A stretch of DNA of 64,000 bases. It comes from a virus. Both the position numbers and the translations under genes were made by a program. The notes under the pieces are model-generated. The model was not told where the DNA came from and searched no databases. It saw nothing but the letters and a program-made list of their open reading frames with translations. Positions within the stretch are counted from its first letter, which is position 1. Each line of letters starts with the position of its first letter. The stretch spans positions 18,492 through 82,491 of IMG/VR virus record IMGVR_UViG_3300007609_000010; one strand, written 5' to 3'. Positions 58,914 through 64,000 of the stretch are shown piece after piece.

Positions 58914-60216
58914 AGTGTGCTGTTATTCCGAACGGTGCCTGCAGATCTTTGTTGTGATGTCCGTGCACAATAAAGATAGTATCACAGTAGCTGTCATCAC
59001 CCCAGCTGTCCCAAGGATACCCATCTGTGAACATGATAAACTTCTTGGGCTCAATGCCCTGCTCTTTCATGTAGTTCCAGTTCGCCATGAAGTCAGTACC
59101 ACCGCCTCCGGTGATTTCATAGTCCAGTAAGTCTCTTCCGTCGTCGGACGAGAAGTTGTCTTCTCCGCTGACTTCTGTGTCGAAGCACCAAATCTTAATA
59201 TTGTAATCTTTGTATTCGTCCATGATGCCTTTGACTTCTGAGAGGAAGTCTTTTAGTTGTTCGTCTCGAATGGAGCCGCTTACATCAAGTCCAACGCACA
59301 CATCGATTGTCTCGTCGAAGTTCTGTCCTGGAATAATTGCACCAGTATGCCACGCTTTGCGACTAGGACGCTGGAATGTAAAATCGTTCTTGATAGTGCT
59401 CTGAATCTGCTGACGGATAATCTCACGCCAGTTCATCTTGGGCTCTGTGAGATCTTTGATCATACGCTGTACATCGCCCGGTACGTTACCTGCACCCGCC
59501 GCCTGCGCCGCAGAAATCATGTTCTCTTTAATCTCGTCACGGATTTTTTTCAGCTCTTCCTTGCTGTACTTAGGACGTTTACCGGAACTGTTTCCTTCAC
59601 TGCCTTCTGAGTCACCGTCACCGTCTGCATCTTCACCGTCACCGTTTTCCCAGTCAACGTGCTCGTCTAGCAAATTGCCCAGAGCTTCCATTTCTTCAAG
59701 GAACTCTTCCATGTCTTCTTTTGCTTTGTCAAACAGCTCGTCGTAGACTTCTTCTGAAGTCCAGCCATCGTATTTAAAGTCCTGGAAACAGTCTACCAGC
59801 TTGGGAATTTCTCCAATGCGTTCACGTACCAGTGTGTTGTTTACACAATAGTCCGCGGCAATGTTATACAGCATAGGAACTCTGTCCTCTCTGCGCATAA
59901 GGTGGTCGTAGACGCAGTGTAAGATTTCGTGTGCAATTACAAACTCAATCTCTTTGTTAGACATCGCATTGAAGAATTGCGTGTTGTAATACAAGTGACG
60001 TCCGTCTGTTGCCGCTGTAGGACACCAGTCGTCACAGGGTGTAATCTTAAGACGTGTTGCCATGTTACCAAAGAAAGGATGTCGTAGCAGAAGTCCTACT
60101 CGCGCGGTGATAACACGATCTTGCACTTCAACTCGCATTGCTGCAAGTTCTTCTTCTGTGATATCTGGATTGGGTTCAAAGCCTTTTGCTTTGCTTGCAG
60201 TGTCTTTAACACTCAT
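58894..60216 (-). CDS. Metallopeptidase (HExxH) plus vWA-like domain protein (DUF2201-type)
   Basis: TAATDG, IAHEILHC, NIAADY; acidic linker; MIDAS LDVSGS, GGGGTDF, FTDG; GAGG RBS. Confidence 0.88.
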   Translation of the reverse strand: MSVKDTASKAKGFEPNPDITEEELAAMRVEVQDRVITARVGLLLRHPFFGNMATRLKITPCDDWCPTAATDGRHLYYNTQFFNAMSNKEIEFVIAHEILHCVYDHLMRREDRVPMLYNIAADYCVNNTLVRERIGEIPKLVDCFQDFKYDGWTSEEVYDELFDKAKEDMEEFLEEMEALGNLLDEHVDWENGDGEDADGDGDSEGSEGNSSGKRPKYSKEELKKIRDEIKENMISAAQAAGAGNVPGDVQRMIKDLTEPKMNWREIIRQQIQSTIKNDFTFQRPSRKAWHTGAIIPGQNFDETIDVCVGLDVSGSIRDEQLKDFLSEVKGIMDEYKDYNIKIWCFDTEVSGEDNFSSDDGRDLLDYEITGGGGTDFMANWNYMKEQGIEPKKFIMFTDGYPWDSWGDDSYCDTIFIVHGHHNKDLQAPFGITAHYEESAA

Positions 60217-60243
60217 AGGTACCTCGCTGTTTACTATACATAT

Positions 60244-60272
60244 ATAGTAACAAAAGAAATGTAAGATGTCAA
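60244..60272 (-). promoter_or_regulatory. sigma70-type promoter
   Basis: TTGACA (60272-60267), 17-bp spacer, TACTAT (60249-60244) with an extended -10 TG. Confidence 0.7.
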
Positions 60273-60295
60273 GAGAGAGGCGGTTTCCCGCCCCC
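60271..60295 (-). terminator. Probable intrinsic terminator or stabilising hairpin after the AAA ATPase gene
   Basis: GGGGGCGG-GAAA-CCGCCTCT stem with a GNRA loop just after TAA; weak pyrimidine tail CTCTT. Confidence 0.6.
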
Positions 60296-60297
60296 TA

Positions 60298-61383
60298 TTA
60301 AGAACCTTGTGCGGCTTTAATATACTTGCCATAACGCTCGTGGAACTCATCGAAGCAATCAACCGCATCTGGGTCAATTGGCAGGCTGTACTGTGTAAGA
60401 GCAAGTTTAATGCCCATAACTACCAGCTCAGTCTCAAAATTGTCCATTGCAAAGCGCAAGAAGTTGTTTACTTTCTTGTCAAATGCCTTGTCATTCTTGT
60501 TACAAGCATCACGCAGTTCGTAGCACAAGCTCACTGTAAGCGAGTACATTGCTGAAATCTCTTTTGTTTTCAGCTCTTTTGCTTTTCCTGCAAGAATATC
60601 TGTAGGGTTAGGCAACTGGCTTGCAATCTTGCGATGTGCCATAAACTTCACAGCAACACCTTCTCCTACGGAGCCTGATACCAAATCAGTTGTTACGTCT
60701 TCGTCGATGTCATCGTCTAACAGCTCGCTTACAAAGCTCCACGAACGAGGCGTTGCGAACGAACGACTGGAACCTTTCGGATCAAACGTGTACAAGTCTT
60801 GTTTAGCAAATGTCAAATAACCCACAACATCTGCGTGAATATTGTTTGCTGTAGCCCAGTGCGACCAGTCGTCAAAGTCCACTTCCATTTCCAAGTGTAC
60901 AAAGCGGTTAGCCAGCGGAGCAGGCATACGATACGTAACACCTTTGTCAGCTTCGCGGTTACCAGCCGCAACAATAAGAACGTTGTCTGGAAGTTTGTAA
61001 GTACCAACCTTGCGGTTAAGGATAAGCTGATAAGCCGCCGCCTGTACAGCAGGAGCAGCTGAGTTCATTTCGTCTAAGAATAAAACAATGTTGTCATATT
61101 TCGCCGCCATTTCTTCGTCTGGCAGTTCCGAAGGAGCACCCCAAGCCATTGTGCTGGAGTTGCTGTCGAAGTAAGGAATACCTTTAATGTCTGTGGGTTC
61201 CCACAAGCTCAAGCGAATGTCGATGAGACATGAATTAGGCAGACTGTGTGTGATCTGTGCCACAATATCTGACTTACCAATACCTGGAGGCCCCCAAAGG
61301 AAGATAGGACGCTGTTTCAGGATTGCGTGTTTAATAGAAGCTTTCGCTTTGTTAGGAGTTACTGTGCGAGTACTATCTGACAT
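60298..61383 (-). CDS. MoxR-like AAA+ ATPase
   Basis: Walker A GPPGIGKS, Walker B LFLDE, AAGN, PLANRF, TPRSW; adjacent to the vWA gene. Confidence 0.9.
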   Translation of the reverse strand: MSDSTRTVTPNKAKASIKHAILKQRPIFLWGPPGIGKSDIVAQITHSLPNSCLIDIRLSLWEPTDIKGIPYFDSNSSTMAWGAPSELPDEEMAAKYDNIVLFLDEMNSAAPAVQAAAYQLILNRKVGTYKLPDNVLIVAAGNREADKGVTYRMPAPLANRFVHLEMEVDFDDWSHWATANNIHADVVGYLTFAKQDLYTFDPKGSSRSFATPRSWSFVSELLDDDIDEDVTTDLVSGSVGEGVAVKFMAHRKIASQLPNPTDILAGKAKELKTKEISAMYSLTVSLCYELRDACNKNDKAFDKKVNNFLRFAMDNFETELVVMGIKLALTQYSLPIDPDAVDCFDEFHERYGKYIKAAQGS

Positions 61384-61415
61384 GTTTTACCCTTCTGTTT
61401 GTCTATGTACTAACT

Positions 61416-61443
61416 ATGTTAACATCGCTGTGATGTTTGTCAA
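61416..61443 (-). promoter_or_regulatory. sigma70-type promoter
   Basis: TTGACA (61443-61438), 16-bp spacer, TAACAT (61421-61416) with a TG extension. Confidence 0.5.
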
Positions 61444-61829
61444 CCGTTATCTTCGTCTTTCTGTCTCATGGCTTTTGTCAAACCATATTTTCTTAGATCA
61501 CCGGAGAACATTGTGAGTTCAACCGCTTTCTTTTCGTCGGTTACTGTTATCCATTTGTTAGTTAGATAATATGGGCAATCGATGAATTTGTCAAGATAAA
61601 TTATTATCTGAGTTGTGATGGGAGTTTCGGGCGGGTAAGGAATGTCGTATGTGGCTATTTCTAATTCTTCTAGAACTTTGTAGCCTGCGTCAGTTAGGCG
61701 CAATCCGCCTGAATCTTTCTCGCGAGTGTTTTGCCACCATACAGGAAGATATTCTTTAACTGTAATATCGTTGGTGCTTTTGCCTAGCTGTTGTAGAAAG
61801 ATTTTAGTGTAGGTTTCTTTCCAGTTCAT
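61440..61829 (-). CDS. Hypothetical protein
   Basis: 129 aa, ATGA coupling; motifs GGLRLTDAG and IDCPYYL. Confidence 0.7.
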   Translation of the reverse strand: MNWKETYTKIFLQQLGKSTNDITVKEYLPVWWQNTREKDSGGLRLTDAGYKVLEELEIATYDIPYPPETPITTQIIIYLDKFIDCPYYLTNKWITVTDEKKAVELTMFSGDLRKYGLTKAMRQKDEDNG

Positions 61830-62116
61830 TCTTCTTCAACGTATTGTCCGTCAACGAGTTTATAAACTGCAAAGTCCTCGCTTTTAAACATTGTGTTCAA
61901 ACGATCCGCAAGGTTGTGTGCATGTCCAGGATTTGAAAATGAAGTCTTTTTGTACTTGGGTCCAGGATAGTTTGTGAGCATGTTTGAGCTTTTCAGATTG
62001 AAAGGCTTACCCTGATAGAAAACAGCCCAGATAGCTTCCGCTTCTAGGATCTGCTCGCATTTATACGTTTTGTTATCGGTGTGTTCTAGTAACACAGTTG
62101 GCTTGGGCCTACTCAT
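61826..62116 (-). CDS. Hypothetical protein
   Basis: Start ATG 62116 (MSRPKPTVLL) after AAGGA; motif YPGPKYKKTSFSNPGHA. Confidence 0.7.
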   Translation of the reverse strand: MSRPKPTVLLEHTDNKTYKCEQILEAEAIWAVFYQGKPFNLKSSNMLTNYPGPKYKKTSFSNPGHAHNLADRLNTMFKSEDFAVYKLVDGQYVEEE

Positions 62117-62155
62117 ACTGTGCAAATTTCCTTCATTATCCTGCACAGTATTTAG
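62115..62155 (-). promoter_or_regulatory. Late-like motif (CTAAATA) overlapping a 10-bp inverted repeat that includes the start codon
   Basis: ATACTGTGCA (62115-62124) pairs with TGCACAGTAT (62142-62151); motif at 62155-62149. Confidence 0.55.
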
Positions 62156-62171
62156 CATAGTTTGTTCAATT

Positions 62172-62414
62172 TTAGTCTTTGAAGCCTGATCCACCATCAA
62201 TTTTTACCTCTATTACTTCTTCTTTGGTGTTATTGTTTATCAGTAACTTCTCCAAGTCTCCGTTAAGTCTGGACATGGCAATCCCCAACGTGTATGCAAG
62301 ATTTTTCGCCTGTTGCATTGACAGTTTAACTTCTTTGGCGTTGGAGGAATCCGCTGATTTAACCTGCTGGATAAACTGTTGGAATGCCATTGTGTTCAAG
62401 GGTTCATTTGACAT
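62172..62414 (-). CDS. Hypothetical protein
   Basis: 80 aa, co-oriented and overlapping the upstream stop; ends in IDGGSGF. Confidence 0.65.
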   Translation of the reverse strand: MSNEPLNTMAFQQFIQQVKSADSSNAKEVKLSMQQAKNLAYTLGIAMSRLNGDLEKLLINNNTKEEVIEVKIDGGSGFKD

Positions 62415-62865
62415 TCCACAACGCCTCTTTCATTTCGGACTCTGTTCTGAACGGACCCTTGGATACATAACGCTCAATGGTTAACAGTTTAGGGCAGAAA
62501 CTCTTCACCCATCCTTTGTCAAACTGAATGATATAATATCCTGCACAGTACAAACTCTTTGATTTTTCTGACTTGGTAAACAGGGGAAGTTTTTTCTTTA
62601 CGTCAAACATTGTGTTGTGCGGAGTAACACTGGTTGGAAAACCGTGTACTTCCAATGTATTAGCACTGGCATCACTCAGCGTGATACTTTTCTTAATGTC
62701 TACACCTAGATATCTCTTAACTTGTTTCTTGTTGTCAAAGAATTTTGTTTGTGCAGAATTTGAGAACACATACTTCTCATTGTCAAAGGCAAGAGTTCCA
62801 ATTCTCGTTCCTGCGTCCTCTACAATCCAAAATTTGTCTTCTAATAATGCTTTTAGTTCTATCAT
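62404..62865 (-). CDS. Hypothetical protein
   Basis: Start ATG 62865 in an ATGA overlap with the nuclease stop; motif LPLFTKS.KSKSLYCAGYY...SFCPK. Confidence 0.7.
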   Translation of the reverse strand: MIELKALLEDKFWIVEDAGTRIGTLAFDNEKYVFSNSAQTKFFDNKKQVKRYLGVDIKKSITLSDASANTLEVHGFPTSVTPHNTMFDVKKKLPLFTKSEKSKSLYCAGYYIIQFDKGWVKSFCPKLLTIERYVSKGPFRTESEMKEALWNVK

Positions 62866-63845
62866 CCGTTGTACCTTGCGTTTAATGGCTCCGAAAAGCT
62901 CTGTGCTTGATCTGCAATACGTTGCATGTCCCATTTAGCACAAAACTTCATCAGTCTCATACCTACCTGACTGATGTTCTTAATTTCAACAGCATCGATT
63001 GTTTCGTCGATGAACTGTCTTACATGCTCAGGCTGTGCTGTTAAATCGCACAGTGTTACATTTCTTGCGTAGTCGTCCAACACACGATGCTCTTCACCGT
63101 TGTGGTCTACCCATCTCTGCAACATTAGATTATTCCAGTTAAATCCTTTAGAACTCTTATCTTCAAATGCTTCTAACAGTCCCACTTTGTTTTTCGTGCC
63201 TTTCTTACGCACTCCGGGATAAGCTGAGAACACATTGTCTGACGTATCACCCCGCATGCATTTTTCAAACAGCAGCCACTCAGGATCCGGAACAGGTTTG
63301 GGTTCACCTGTCTTCTTGTCAATCACAGGAGCACCTTTGTCATCAAAGTATCCTTCGTGACTTATAGTGGTATTGCTAACACCGTTGTACTGCCGAACAT
63401 TAGGCGCAATCAATTGTGCAAAGTCACCGTCTGTGCTGATAATCACATGATCGTCATTGGGGTGCTTCTGTATCCAGCCCGCAATCAAATCATCAGCTTC
63501 CAGTTGTGGATGTCTGATAACAGTGCAGTTTGTCTTAGTGGACACAAAGTCCTTGAACTCGTCAAAGATTTCCCAAAACACTTTGTCTTCGTCTGCTTCT
63601 CTAGGAGTCATTGCATCGCGGGTTTCTTGTCTATTACGCTTATAGGGTTCGTAATAATCTTTGCGCCAACTGCGTCCTTCAAGACAGAACACAACATGAT
63701 CTCCATCGAAATCCTGCCATGCTTTCTTGATGCTGTTGAGTGTGATATGTAACGCCATGCCAACTTTTGTATCAATATCGCCACGCACAACGTGTCTGGC
63801 TCTAAAGAATGTGTTAGCAGTGTCTACTAAAATATAAGTGCTCAT
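62862..63845 (-). CDS. rnh: T4 RNase H-like 5'-3' exonuclease (FEN/PIN fold)
   Basis: ILVD, SWRKD.Y..YK.NR, LEADDLIA, ISTDGDFAQL, GDTSDNV. Confidence 0.85.
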   Translation of the reverse strand: MSTYILVDTANTFFRARHVVRGDIDTKVGMALHITLNSIKKAWQDFDGDHVVFCLEGRSWRKDYYEPYKRNRQETRDAMTPREADEDKVFWEIFDEFKDFVSTKTNCTVIRHPQLEADDLIAGWIQKHPNDDHVIISTDGDFAQLIAPNVRQYNGVSNTTISHEGYFDDKGAPVIDKKTGEPKPVPDPEWLLFEKCMRGDTSDNVFSAYPGVRKKGTKNKVGLLEAFEDKSSKGFNWNNLMLQRWVDHNGEEHRVLDDYARNVTLCDLTAQPEHVRQFIDETIDAVEIKNISQVGMRLMKFCAKWDMQRIADQAQSFSEPLNARYNG

Positions 63846-64000
63846 GAAACCTCTGATTTGCCTTTGTCGATAGGTATTACATTAATATAACCCATTCCGC
63901 GATCAGTGTCAAGTCCTTCTTCTTCCAACATCTGCATCACAATTGTTTTAAACCATGCGTCTACAATTTCTTCATTGCTTTCGCCCGAATATCCTGCATC
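63842..64000 (-). CDS. Hypothetical protein, 3' end only (runs off the window)
   Basis: Open frame DAGYSGESNEEIVDAWFK...KSEVS* ending in an ATGA overlap with the nuclease start. Confidence 0.65.
   Translation of the reverse strand, partial: DAGYSGESNEEIVDAWFKTIVMQMLEEEGLDTDRGMGYINVIPIDKGKSEVS

Noticed and set aside
190-63790. The many short ORFs antisense to or nested within long genes
   Set aside because: They are shadows of the real genes, with no RBS or recognisable motifs.
1-64000. Stop-codon reassignment, as in some large phages
   Set aside because: Coding density is near complete in the standard code. TAA, TAG and TGA all end genes exactly where the next gene begins.
1-64000. CRISPR array, tRNA, rRNA, IS element or integrase
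   Set aside because: Intergenic gaps are all under about 100 nt, and none shows spaced repeats, a cloverleaf or terminal inverted repeats. No transposase or integrase motifs were seen.

Overview
This window is a 64-kb segment of a large, T4-like (probably jumbo) tailed phage genome read in the standard bacterial code. It has three blocks. (1) 1-27778 (+): virion baseplate and tail genes, including a 5'-truncated baseplate-wedge-like protein with a YHYH-domain extension, a 4769-aa structural protein, three paralogous fibre proteins and two further paralogous structural proteins. (2) 27833-54558: a tightly packed island of about 30 mostly enzyme genes. It holds 10 radical SAM proteins in three subfamilies, 4 putative glycosyltransferases, 4 2OG-Fe(II) oxygenases, a SAM methyltransferase, a QueC-like PP-loop ATPase, and SGNH, SDR, GNAT and two kinase-like proteins. 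Fibre or structural genes flank it on both sides. (3) 54561-64000 (-): another fibre gene, small hypotheticals, a MoxR-type AAA+ ATPase with a metallopeptidase/vWA partner, and a T4 RNase H-like 5' nuclease. The best candidate for an undescribed system is the enzyme island, which may be a radical-SAM-rich pathway that glycosylates and tailors virion proteins; DNA or host-surface modification are alternatives. Both sigma70-type and T4-late-like (nTAAATA) promoters are visible. Several appear to give leaderless mRNAs or sit in hairpins that cover the translation start. All protein assignments come from reading motifs by eye; no database search was run. No tRNA, rRNA, CRISPR array or transposase was recognised.
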